The translations under genes were made by a program, and so were the position numbers. Positions 1-8,568 of a DNA stretch of 18,578 nt are shown here, one piece after another; positions within the stretch are counted from its first letter, which is position 1, and each line of letters begins with the position of its first letter. The stretch is taken from the UHGV virus genome UHGV-0126919; one strand, given 5' to 3'. The DNA is from a virus. A model generated the notes under the pieces. The model did not search any database. It was not told the DNA's origin and worked only from the letters and a program-made list of their open reading frames with translations.

Positions 1-1782
1 TATGTTGGAAAGATAATCCCATGCTTTACCAAACATAGATATAATCCATCCATTGAGGTCAAAGTTTAAGATAAAGTTTTTTATAGCCTCAAATGATTTA
101 ACTGTATATTCCTTAACAGAAGGCCAAACTCTGACAGCATAATCTCTGATCTTATCCCAATTCTGATAGAGCAATATTCCTGCGGCAACCAGCGCAGATA
201 TAGCCATCTGAATCCACCCGAAGGGTGTTAGCTTTGTCGCTACAGATAAAGCCAGCATAGCTACCCTACACGCTATAACCACACTTTTCATGGTTAGAAA
301 CGCACCTGCCGCCATCACTATCTGAGACACAAAATTGGGGTTGTTAGCTACAAATTCACTAATTTTTGTAATCAGCGGAACCAAAACACTAAGCGCGGCA
401 TTCAAAGCAGGTTGCAAGGCCTGACCAAAACTTAATGATGCATTGCTAGCCTGAATACGTAATTGTTTCAATCGCTCCGCATTATCTTTCGTTATGTTGG
501 CAAAATCGCGGTCAATAACAGCACTTCCAGCTCCAAGAGATGTTGCTTTGATTCTCTGGTATTCCTTCCAGTTTTGAATCATCGGACGAACAAAGTTCTG
601 AACCTGCATATCGCCAAATAGTTCACCAAGTAACTTCTGATCTCCGTTCTTAGTCATTTTCATGACAGAATGCATTGCAGCTTCGAATGGATTCTTCCCT
701 TTTTTCTGCGCTGTTGTAACAATTTTATATAAATCTACACCGAAATTTTTCTTTGCTTTTTTTAGTGTTTCAGGGGAAAGTATTTTTGCCAAAAAGTTGT
801 TCATATTATTAGCAGCCTCATCCGAAGTTGCAGCCCCCTTGCGAGCTATCTGCAAAGCTGCACCCATCGTCGCGGCTGCTTCTTTACCTCCCATTTTTAA
901 TGCCTGGAACTGAGCACCAAGCACAGGAAGATTTTTGGCCATATCTTTAAATTCAAAGTTCCACTCTTTCCCTGCCTGAACCAGAATCCCCATTGCAGAC
1001 TTCATTTGAGATGGATCAATCTTCAATGAGTCACTTAATGTAAATGATGCTTTCGAGACATCGAGGATATCAGAGCCAGTAGCTGTAGCTGTTCGCCCAA
1101 TAGTTAGTAGATTCGCCTGAGCCTCTTTATAATCCTGCCCAGCAGCGACGAGAAAACCCTGAGCGGCCTGAATATCAGATGCAAACTGGTTGGTAGCCGT
1201 TCCGGTAACAAGCATCGCCTGCCCCATCGCCTGAACTTCTTCCGGCTTCATATCTGCCGTAAGACCAATCATTTTGTTTTCACGATTGAAATTTGCTGCA
1301 TTGTTAGCAGCAGCAAATGCACCAGCCGCTACAGCACCAGTTTGTAATCCTGACCTTACAAGTTGACTCTTTGCCTCACCAAGATGCTCTCGCTTCAATT
1401 CACGCTGCCTTTCCAACGCGCGGTTTAACTCCTCCTGAGCACGTTTTACTGCAAGAACATTTTTCCGTGCTTCAGCCAACGCATTTTTATAGCTGTTAAT
1501 TTTATCAATACGTTGTTTTTCTAATGCCCGGTTAAGTTCCTCCTGCTGTTTTTTCACTTGCTGAACATTTGCTCTGGCTAAAGCCAAAGCCGTTCTGTAG
1601 CGGTTAACCTGCTCAACGCTACGGGCCTGAGCCTCACGATTACGATCAATGCTGGCTTTAAGCTCTTTCTCTCTTGAGGCCAAAGCTCTGGCAGATGTAT
1701 CAGCTCCCTGATAGGCAGACTTTAAAGCGGCCAGTTCTTCACGCTGAGAACGTAGTGATGCTCGTAATGTGTTTTTGCCTTC
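1..1782 (-). CDS. tail tape measure protein, main body (partial; continues past window start)
   Basis: Minus-strand frame appears open from 1782 to the window edge by manual translation. Product is coiled-coil rich (…QARSVEQVNRYRTALALARANVQQVKKQQEELNRALEKQRIDK…) then hydrophobic (…FVSQIVMAAGAFLTMKSVV…), typical of tape measure proteins. Lies just downstream of the tail chaperone genes. No start codon with RBS at its 5' end; it is -1 relative to the N-terminal segment at 1722..2066. Confidence 0.75.
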
Positions 1783-2066
1783 TCAAAGTCACGAAGCATC
1801 GCTCTGGTTGGATTGGCCGTGTTTTTTATTTGCTTCTGTAACTCTTCAACGCGAGCGGCAGCTTTATGATATTCGAGGGCAGTCTGTCCAACCTTTACTT
1901 TTACAGATTGTAGCTTTTGAATTTCCCCATGTTCTTTCGTTAATCCAGCAAGCTCGGCATTTAATTTAGCAACAGCCTGATTAGCTGTAGTAAAACTTTT
2001 GGGGAGAGAGGCGGCAACTTTGCCGCCAATTTCAAAAGCCAGCTTAAAGTTCTTATTGCTGGCCAT
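1722..2066 (-). CDS. tape measure protein, N-terminal segment (114 aa), out of frame with main body
   Basis: Track ORF with ATG at 2066, 5 nt downstream of the chaperone extension stop. Coiled-coil N-terminus (MASNKNFKLAFEIGGKVAASLPKSF…). Ends at TAA 1722-1724 while the -1 frame stays open. Both frames are open only across 1725-1782, which contains an A5 tract (minus strand, 1772-1776). Confidence 0.6.
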   Translation of the reverse strand: MASNKNFKLAFEIGGKVAASLPKSFTTANQAVAKLNAELAGLTKEHGEIQKLQSVKVKVGQTALEYHKAAARVEELQKQIKNTANPTRAMLRDFEKAKTHYEHHYVLSVKNWPL

Positions 2067-2071
2067 TAGTA

Positions 2072-2502
2072 TTAATCCTCATTAAACACGTCAATCCATG
2101 CGACGATTCGCCTCAACCGAAGCGAAAGCCAGTAGGATATAGGTGTTGATTGAGATGATTGAGATAGAGAACTCGCGGCCCTCATTATTTGCTTATCAAT
2201 AGGTTTTTGCTCATCAAAACCTACGAGAGCAAAAAATTCTGTACCTTTTGACAAACTTTAACAAAGTCTTTCGCTGGTAATCCATTCAGATACTCTATTG
2301 GACGACCAATACAGCGAGCAGCCAAGGCTGCATGGACTTTATTATCAAGTGATGTTTGAACTGAAACATGCCCTTGAGATTGCAGTAAGTCCGATACCTC
2401 TAAAATATCACTGCCTTTTAGGTTGTCTAAATCAAGGTTGAGTTCAGTCACTGGCTCAAAGTCTTCAAAACGATATTCTTTACTTAATTTAACGGTTTCC
2501 AT
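2072..2502 (-). CDS. tail assembly chaperone, predicted -1 frameshift fusion product
   Basis: The -1 frame downstream of the heptamer stays open for about 54 codons to the stop at 2072-2074, 5 nt before the tape measure ATG. The track's 2072..2254 ORF has a TTG 'start' at 2254 with no independent RBS, consistent with expression only by frameshifting. Confidence 0.5.
2221..2502 (-). CDS. tail assembly chaperone, short product (93 aa)
   Basis: Small ORF between tail tube and tape measure, the conserved position of frameshifted chaperones (lambda G/GT, P2 E/E+E'). Slippery heptamer 4 codons before its stop. Confidence 0.65.
   Translation of the reverse strand: METVKLSKEYRFEDFEPVTELNLDLDNLKGSDILEVSDLLQSQGHVSVQTSLDNKVHAALAARCIGRPIEYLNGLPAKDFVKVCQKVQNFLLS
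2230..2236 (-). other. -1 programmed ribosomal frameshift slippery heptamer T_TTT_TTG
   Basis: Minus-strand reading CAG AAT TTT TTG CTC TCG TAG. TTTTTTG fits X_XXY_YYZ in the zero frame; a -1 slip gives TTT TTT GCT CTC GTA…, exactly the frame of the downstream extension. Confidence 0.55.
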
Positions 2503-2511
2503 TTTTTCACC

Positions 2512-3033
2512 TTATAAACCTAAATCATCACGAACAGTTTTTAATATATCTTCGCCATCAAAGATACAAATAAAGTTCAACTTATCAATTTCTAAGACTT
2601 CTTTCCCATCAATAAATAATTTGATATAGAGAACTTCGAATTCATTTTCTGAATCAGTGGCCTTTGCTACCTGTAGCGAACCTAAATCCAGTTTTTTAGG
2701 GTTTAGCTTCATTGAAGCCCGAATAGGAACCGTTTTATATTTTCCTGTTCCTGCATCATAAACCTGCTGGCTACCGCGAAAATCTACCTGATGCGATGAG
2801 GATAGAAATAATTTTGTACCAGCAGAGGTCAGAGTTCGCCATTTAAGAGAGACAGTCATTGGTTTGAAATGCCCCAGCGTTCCGCTCTCAAGCTCTCCAG
2901 CGATACCTGCACCACTAACAGTTTCTGTCATCATCTCAATTGATGGCAGCTTTGCGTCAGCAACACCGATAATACGGTTTCCTTCACCGTATACTGTAAA
3001 GTTAATAAGTCTCTCAGGAATTTGATTGCTCAA
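2512..3033 (-). CDS. tail tube protein
   Basis: 173-aa ORF directly downstream of the sheath gene, the conserved sheath-tube-chaperone-tape measure order of contractile tails; size typical of tube proteins. Confidence 0.7.
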   Translation of the reverse strand: MSNQIPERLINFTVYGEGNRIIGVADAKLPSIEMMTETVSGAGIAGELESGTLGHFKPMTVSLKWRTLTSAGTKLFLSSSHQVDFRGSQQVYDAGTGKYKTVPIRASMKLNPKKLDLGSLQVAKATDSENEFEVLYIKLFIDGKEVLEIDKLNFICIFDGEDILKTVRDDLGL

Positions 3034-3049
3034 AGCAACCTCCTATTAT

Positions 3050-4513
3050 TTATTCAGAAAACAAGTTCAGCAGATAATCAGGATTATATTCCATGACGAA
3101 CTCTATATCTCTGGCAGGTGAGAATGGTGTCATTTTCACATGGAATTTAACAATCCCGTCCATCAATGACGTAATCGTGTTTTCAGACTGATCAAAGGTA
3201 ACAACACCACCTGCAATATCCTGATTACCAGTGAGGCCGTTAAGCCAAATATTCGCACTAGTAACAATCGATTCAATTAATCGACGGTTTGCAGGATTGT
3301 CTATTTTTGACCAATGCGAAAGAATTAACGTATTACCCACCCAGTTAAACATACGTCGGCAAACACGAAATGCGTCTTTGGGGTCTGTAGATGTTGGATA
3401 AATAGCATTACGGTTTCCCCATGATTTCCAACCATCAAAATTAAGGCTTGTTACAATCCCCTGTCCATTTAAGTAGTTTGCCTGGCTAATGTTAAGCCAT
3501 ACCTCACTGCCATCTTTACGTACAGCACCGTCCATCTGTAGTTTTATATTTGACGGAGAACGTGATGGAATATCACCATACTGACTATCCAGCAAGCATG
3601 TTGCTGCCGCTAAATGGGTTGAGTGATGGTAAATATTGTCACCAAGTTTCACCATCGGCCAGCACACTGTCTGGTTAGCTGCCATATGATTATTGTTCTG
3701 CTTCCATTCAGGAACAGCAGAATAATCACTGATAGTAGATTTATCAGTCGGCGCATCGGTGATAGCTTCTGCTTTGAACAATTCACTAATCAGCGCAGCT
3801 TTAGCCGCCATTAGCTGGCCAACTTCACTATCAGAACTAAATCCAGGCGCAATCACTTGTCCTGGAACTAGTTTGAAGCGGGGATAAACATCCGACAGTA
3901 ACTCAAGCCCCGTATTCGCTTTAGTGTTGGAATCCACGCCACCAATAATATCGTTTTTAGTTACAGCCCCGGGATCAAGATACGTATAACTAACCTTAAG
4001 AGTGGCGTCTTTTTCAGTAACTTTTCCTCCGCTAATAGCGGTAATGACCGTATAGCCATTATCATCCAGCGCCAGTACATAATCTGTATCAACCGTTAAC
4101 CCTGGAGAATCACCATCTGCTTTTTTCACAACAACAGATTTATATAAGACACCATCGTTAGAGAGCGTACCTTTCCCGCCAGAAAGTTTTACTACCTCAT
4201 CAGTTACGTCTTTCTTATGCTTTGCTGGATCAAGCACATTGATAAATACAACTGGCGCAACACCATATATTCCAAATGCGACTTTAATTACTTCGCTTAA
4301 AGTATATTTCTCGAAGTTTGTGCTATATCCTATTTTAGATACGGCCTCTGCGTATGTATAAGCAATGATAGGTTTATTTACCGCTGAGGCTGGATCTTCT
4401 AACTGATTAACAGGAGCTGTACCAAATGCGACAATCAACCCAGCACTAACTTGTACTGGAGGAGTTATAGATGTAGCCAGCTCAGATATATAAATACCGT
4501 GGCGATATCCCAT
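3050..4513 (-). CDS. contractile tail sheath protein
   Basis: 487-aa ORF; size and N-terminus (MGYRHGIYISE…) typical of myovirus sheath proteins; followed by the tube gene. SD GGAGA 7 nt upstream of the ATG. Confidence 0.8.
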   Translation of the reverse strand: MGYRHGIYISELATSITPPVQVSAGLIVAFGTAPVNQLEDPASAVNKPIIAYTYAEAVSKIGYSTNFEKYTLSEVIKVAFGIYGVAPVVFINVLDPAKHKKDVTDEVVKLSGGKGTLSNDGVLYKSVVVKKADGDSPGLTVDTDYVLALDDNGYTVITAISGGKVTEKDATLKVSYTYLDPGAVTKNDIIGGVDSNTKANTGLELLSDVYPRFKLVPGQVIAPGFSSDSEVGQLMAAKAALISELFKAEAITDAPTDKSTISDYSAVPEWKQNNNHMAANQTVCWPMVKLGDNIYHHSTHLAAATCLLDSQYGDIPSRSPSNIKLQMDGAVRKDGSEVWLNISQANYLNGQGIVTSLNFDGWKSWGNRNAIYPTSTDPKDAFRVCRRMFNWVGNTLILSHWSKIDNPANRRLIESIVTSANIWLNGLTGNQDIAGGVVTFDQSENTITSLMDGIVKFHVKMTPFSPARDIEFVMEYNPDYLLNLFSE

Positions 4514-4803
4514 TATTTAATCTCCATGATAGAAGAAGAAACTCTAGAGTACATTACATACTCGACACTGGTTTTATCAGAAAGTCTTTTTTCTGCATCT
4601 GAAAAATCACTGGTTGCCACAAACAAACACTTTGCACCAGGAATATGTGATATTAATTTTTCACACTCTGGAGATAAGCCATTCTTAAATAGTTTATGCT
4701 TCAAAATTGAGAGTTGAGGGATTGTTGGCCCTATATATACAAATGTTTGAGCAACATCTTCCTTCTTTTCTATATCTTCTTTACTACTTTTCTTATTAGC
4801 CAT
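4513..4803 (-). CDS. hypothetical lysine-rich protein (96 aa), AT-rich gene
   Basis: Track ORF; its TAA overlaps the sheath ATG (TAATG), implying translational coupling. About 33% G+C by manual count, well below flanking structural genes. No family recognised. Confidence 0.45.
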   Translation of the reverse strand: MANKKSSKEDIEKKEDVAQTFVYIGPTIPQLSILKHKLFKNGLSPECEKLISHIPGAKCLFVATSDFSDAEKRLSDKTSVEYVMYSRVSSSIMEIK

Positions 4804-5289
4804 TTAGATAAACTCCTGAGACTGAATATTCTGAGGCTTTAATACTAGCCACGTTCCAGTTGCTTCCGTTATCCAATATGGATATGGTTGATCATCAAAC
4901 ATTCGCCATCTGATATCACCCTGAAAGAGAAATTTCTCTTCAAGTAAAGGCTTCTCCTGAAAATGAAACATCATCCTTTCAAGAAGAGCCATTACCCATT
5001 CATATCCAGTATGGTCCTCACAAAAACCACCTAGAAGAAACTTAACCTTAACTTCATCCGTTTCAGGCTGCATTCCTCCTTCCGTGGGCCTGATAATCAC
5101 ATGAGGAAATTCTGGCGGTTTATCTGGAGATGGTTGTGATTTAGGAGGCAAGTACCCTTTAAATATTGTTGGAACAAACAATTTAATATCGCTGTCTGTT
5201 TCATCATAAGGAGGCCCCTGCACTAATAAATCATGGAAAACCTCATGTTCCAACCGATTTTTTATTGCATCTATCAAAAGATTAATCAA
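4804..5289 (-). CDS. putative neck / tail-completion or terminator-like protein (161 aa)
   Basis: Sits between the FII-like gene and the sheath; ATGA overlap with the FII-like gene. Weak by-eye resemblance to tail-terminator (lambda U-type) proteins only. Confidence 0.4.
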   Translation of the reverse strand: MINLLIDAIKNRLEHEVFHDLLVQGPPYDETDSDIKLFVPTIFKGYLPPKSQPSPDKPPEFPHVIIRPTEGGMQPETDEVKVKFLLGGFCEDHTGYEWVMALLERMMFHFQEKPLLEEKFLFQGDIRWRMFDDQPYPYWITEATGTWLVLKPQNIQSQEFI

Positions 5290-5630
5290 ATCGGCATTCC
5301 TCTGTTAGTATTAACAGTGAGAGTTATTTCCAATACACCAACATTATCTGATACTTCATCAACAATATAATTTTTACCGTTGATTTTCATTGACTGGTCT
5401 TTGACAGGGAGAACAGGAAAATCTTTTCTTGAAACAAATAATATTATTTGCCCCTGATTTATTCCCTCTGCAAACTCAGCATATGAGCGTTTATTCCGCT
5501 CATGAATAAGGTCTGTATCAATAACGGCAAGGATATCCTTGCCGTCTATGTTATATGTATCGGCAAACTCTTTTTCATTGAGGAATATTGCAGAAATATC
5601 TTGCGCTATAACCTCTTTGAAGGAGTTCAT
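5286..5630 (-). CDS. head-tail joining protein (lambda FII-like)
   Basis: 114 aa. C-terminal half (…ILFVSRKDFPVLPVKDQSMKINGKNYIVDEVSDNVGVLEITL…) parallels lambda gpFII (…SLFVRTDEVRQLRRGDTLTIGEENFWVDRVSPDDGGSCHLWL…) by eye. Lies downstream of the capsid gene. Confidence 0.6.
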   Translation of the reverse strand: MNSFKEVIAQDISAIFLNEKEFADTYNIDGKDILAVIDTDLIHERNKRSYAEFAEGINQGQIILFVSRKDFPVLPVKDQSMKINGKNYIVDEVSDNVGVLEITLTVNTNRGMPI

Positions 5631-6022
5631 TACTTCTTATTACCTTTTTTTTGCGTTGATTTTTTCGCATTACTGGTATCAGAAGTAGCTACAGATTCAG
5701 ATGAATCATCAGCAACCATTTCCTCATTGCCGCCATCATCCTCAAACTCAACCTCGAATACACAGCTACCCGCCTCCGTTCGCGTAATCAACCCCGCGTC
5801 CACAGCATCATTAACAGCAGATGCGTATCCATGCTCAAAAGCTAACTTAGCAGCATCATAGCCCCCAGCCGATGCCAAATCACCATCCTCTTCGGTGGCA
5901 ATAGCATGTCCTGACGCAATCAGTTCGGCAATTCTGGAGTTATCCATTAGCCCATTAAGCAAACGGCCCGCTTTTAGCGAGCCGTGGCTTATCGTATCAA
6001 TGTTTTTAATCAGTCTGGCCAT
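5630..6022 (-). CDS. hypothetical head-module protein (130 aa, acidic, Lys-rich C-terminal tail)
   Basis: Track ORF directly downstream of the major capsid gene, at the position of lambda FI-type accessory proteins; no convincing sequence match. One-nucleotide stop/start overlap with the FII-like gene. Confidence 0.45.
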   Translation of the reverse strand: MARLIKNIDTISHGSLKAGRLLNGLMDNSRIAELIASGHAIATEEDGDLASAGGYDAAKLAFEHGYASAVNDAVDAGLITRTEAGSCVFEVEFEDDGGNEEMVADDSSESVATSDTSNAKKSTQKKGNKK

Positions 6023-7066
6023 TTAAACCACCTTAGCCACCAGATAGGCATCAGCCACACCAGGATTAGGCAGTGGAGATGACTTCATGGCAACATAACG
6101 GCCAGCCGGCTTACGAGTTACCCAGGTGTCTGGAACTCGTGGTGACTCAACAATCGTTAGAGTCTTTTCGGCGTCATCTACAAGCTCTACAGCACCATAC
6201 AGCATCGTTCCTCGACCAGGAGAGCCAAAGAGGATCTTATCTTCCGGTACTAATGGTTCAGGTTTTCCTGTTTTATCATTGCGAATAAGTTCGTCGTAAC
6301 CATAAAAATCGACACCTTCAAGATTGCCATAATGAGTTACGCCTTCTTCTAACTCTTTAGGCTCAATATACCCAAGCTCTTTTCGGCGATTATCAAGATA
6401 TTTAGTTACTGCTTCATTTTTAACGAAGGCATCAACAACTTTTGCGCCCATTACGGCAACACGAGGTGTAAAACCTGAAGTTAGTGATACCCGACGTTTC
6501 CAGTTGCGAACATTGACTAACGGATCTGATTTTGCTGCACTCCATAAATCATCACCTGTCAGTTCAAGATATGGTTTATCTCCTTCCTCTTCAGGCCAAA
6601 AATAAACTGTGTCATCCACTCCTTCACCAACAATATCAACCTGCCCCGTAAACAAGACTTGTGCACACATCCATTCTTCACGGCGGTTAACCATTTCATC
6701 AAGCTCAAGCAAATCTTTACCTAATTGCTCGGCGGCTCGTTCTGCTGGCGATTTTGCGTTGTAAATATTCTCACCCGGAAGCCTGTTTAAAAGCAGCTCG
6801 GCTGTTGTTACCAAATCAGGTGCAACAAGTGGTGGCTCCAGAGTTCTCGTTACAAAGCCGCGTCGCTCAACGGTTTTTGAGCCAAAACCTTTACCAACAA
6901 ACGGAGCCATAGTACGGCCACCGCGAACAAAATCCAGATCAACTTTCTTTGTATTAAAGGTCTGAACACCAGGAAAAAAGGTACGAAGAAGAAAACGACG
7001 AGCCTTGAAATTCTGAATAACAGGCTCAAGCATCGTACGTCGTTCAAAAATATCAATATTCGGCAT
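6023..7066 (-). CDS. major capsid protein (lambda gpE-like)
   Basis: 347 aa (lambda E is 341 aa). C-terminal region (…SPRVPDTWVTRKPAGRYVAMKSSPLP…) resembles lambda gpE (…ARYPKNWVTTGDPAREFTMIQSAPLM…). Follows protease and decoration-like genes. Confidence 0.85.
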   Translation of the reverse strand: MPNIDIFERRTMLEPVIQNFKARRFLLRTFFPGVQTFNTKKVDLDFVRGGRTMAPFVGKGFGSKTVERRGFVTRTLEPPLVAPDLVTTAELLLNRLPGENIYNAKSPAERAAEQLGKDLLELDEMVNRREEWMCAQVLFTGQVDIVGEGVDDTVYFWPEEEGDKPYLELTGDDLWSAAKSDPLVNVRNWKRRVSLTSGFTPRVAVMGAKVVDAFVKNEAVTKYLDNRRKELGYIEPKELEEGVTHYGNLEGVDFYGYDELIRNDKTGKPEPLVPEDKILFGSPGRGTMLYGAVELVDDAEKTLTIVESPRVPDTWVTRKPAGRYVAMKSSPLPNPGVADAYLVAKVV

Positions 7067-7086
7067 AAAAATACGACCTCTTTATA

Positions 7087-7470
7087 TTATGCAGATGGAT
7101 TTTGTTGTGCGGTATTAAGGAATATTCCAACCTTCCGGCAAGCCAGATATACATCGGCAACTTTTGCTGATTCAGGAAGGATAACCGCATGTGCATTGAA
7201 CATTCCGGTCAGCCATGCTGTTCCGACTTGCGCTGAATCAGTCGCATCAATATTGTGTTGAGCGATACAATACGGTTCTTTTGCCTCCCCTTCACCAGAG
7301 AGATTTATTGGCGCCACAGTGACAACATTTGTTGTCTGATCAATACTGACAAAAGCAAGTAACTCACCCCGTTTTACTTTACCGCTGGCAAGTTTAATAC
7401 TTGTTGGAATTGCTGGCATACCACCAGAAATAATCAGATTATCTGGTTCAAATGAAAAAGACTCTCGCAT
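7087..7470 (-). CDS. head decoration protein (lambda gpD-like), tentative
   Basis: 127-aa ORF between protease/scaffold and capsid genes, the position of lambda D; only weak by-eye similarity. Confidence 0.5.
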   Translation of the reverse strand: MRESFSFEPDNLIISGGMPAIPTSIKLASGKVKRGELLAFVSIDQTTNVVTVAPINLSGEGEAKEPYCIAQHNIDATDSAQVGTAWLTGMFNAHAVILPESAKVADVYLACRKVGIFLNTAQQNPSA

Positions 7471-7479
7471 AAACTCACC

Positions 7480-8568
7480 TTAATTTTTATCGCGGTTTTT
7501 AAATACTGACCCAATAACATTTTTTACTGCTTCAGCCTGTTTGTTGCCGTTGTTTTCTGGTTGATTAACATCAACTGAATCATTCACCTCACTTGCGTCT
7601 TCTTGCCGTTGATTAAGAAAGTTTTTGTTACGCGCTCGCTCTGCATTCATAATTTCCAAAGCAAGTTCAGCCGCAGAAACTCCTGTTTTGAATTTTGCAT
7701 TCTTAACCAGGTCGTCATGACCAGGAATCACGCTATTCTCGATTGTTTCAATGCGCTCGCGTTCTGATTTAACGCCCTCGTCTTTACCAGCATTAAAAAC
7801 CTGATTGTATAATTCTGGATATTTATTTTTTAATTCATCAAGAGTCACAATATCGTCCTCATTTTGTTCATTTGATTCAGTAGATAACTCATTTTTATTT
7901 TGCGGCAACTTTGCGAGTGAATCAGGTAATTTTGAAAACCTTGATGCTTCAAAAGTTATTCCATTAAGCGAAAGCATCCCTTCCTTTATAGAAGCGGATA
8001 AGCGTATTGGTTTTTCAACTTCGTCAGCAAATCCAAGCTCTACAGCCTCTTCTGCATTTAGCCATGTTTCCTGATCCATTAGTTCAATTAATTTATCCTC
8101 AGAAAGCCCTGTTTTCTCCTTATATGCAGATAAAATACTATTGCGTATCTTATCCATCATCTCAGCAATATCACGCAATTCATCCGCATCGCCAGCAGCA
8201 AATGTCCACGGATTATGGATCATCATCATAGCATTAGATGGGATAATAGTTTTATCACCCGCCATTGCAATAATAGTTGCAGCCGATGCAGCAATCCCGT
8301 CGATATAAACCGTAATATTCGCCTTATGACGCTTTAATGATGAAAGAATAGCTTGAGCAGTAAAAACAGAACCACCATAACTATTAATTTTTACGTTGAT
8401 AGTATTTGATGAAATATCCTTTAATTTATTAACTATGTCAGAAGAAGAAACCTCATCAAATTCACCAATATACCCGTAAATTAAAAGTTCAGCCGGAGAG
8501 TCATCTTCACCCGTGCTATTTTTTATTTCCCACCAATTAGGCATCATCAGTCTCCATATTTTGTTCAT
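7480..8568 (-). CDS. prohead protease / scaffold (ClpP/S49 family, lambda gpC-like)
   Basis: 362 aa with serine-protease signatures (…NSYGGSVFTAQAI…, …IDGIAASAATIIAMAGDK…, …MMIHNP…) and a charged, helical C-terminal half typical of a fused scaffold. Overlaps the portal gene end as lambda C overlaps B. Confidence 0.85.
   Translation of the reverse strand: MNKIWRLMMPNWWEIKNSTGEDDSPAELLIYGYIGEFDEVSSSDIVNKLKDISSNTINVKINSYGGSVFTAQAILSSLKRHKANITVYIDGIAASAATIIAMAGDKTIIPSNAMMMIHNPWTFAAGDADELRDIAEMMDKIRNSILSAYKEKTGLSEDKLIELMDQETWLNAEEAVELGFADEVEKPIRLSASIKEGMLSLNGITFEASRFSKLPDSLAKLPQNKNELSTESNEQNEDDIVTLDELKNKYPELYNQVFNAGKDEGVKSERERIETIENSVIPGHDDLVKNAKFKTGVSAAELALEIMNAERARNKNFLNQRQEDASEVNDSVDVNQPENNGNKQAEAVKNVIGSVFKNRDKN

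Noticed and set aside
662-1499. Plus-strand ORFs 662..913 and 1317..1499
   Set aside because: Both lie antisense inside the long open minus-strand tape measure frame, have no RBS and low-complexity translations; taken as antisense artefacts.
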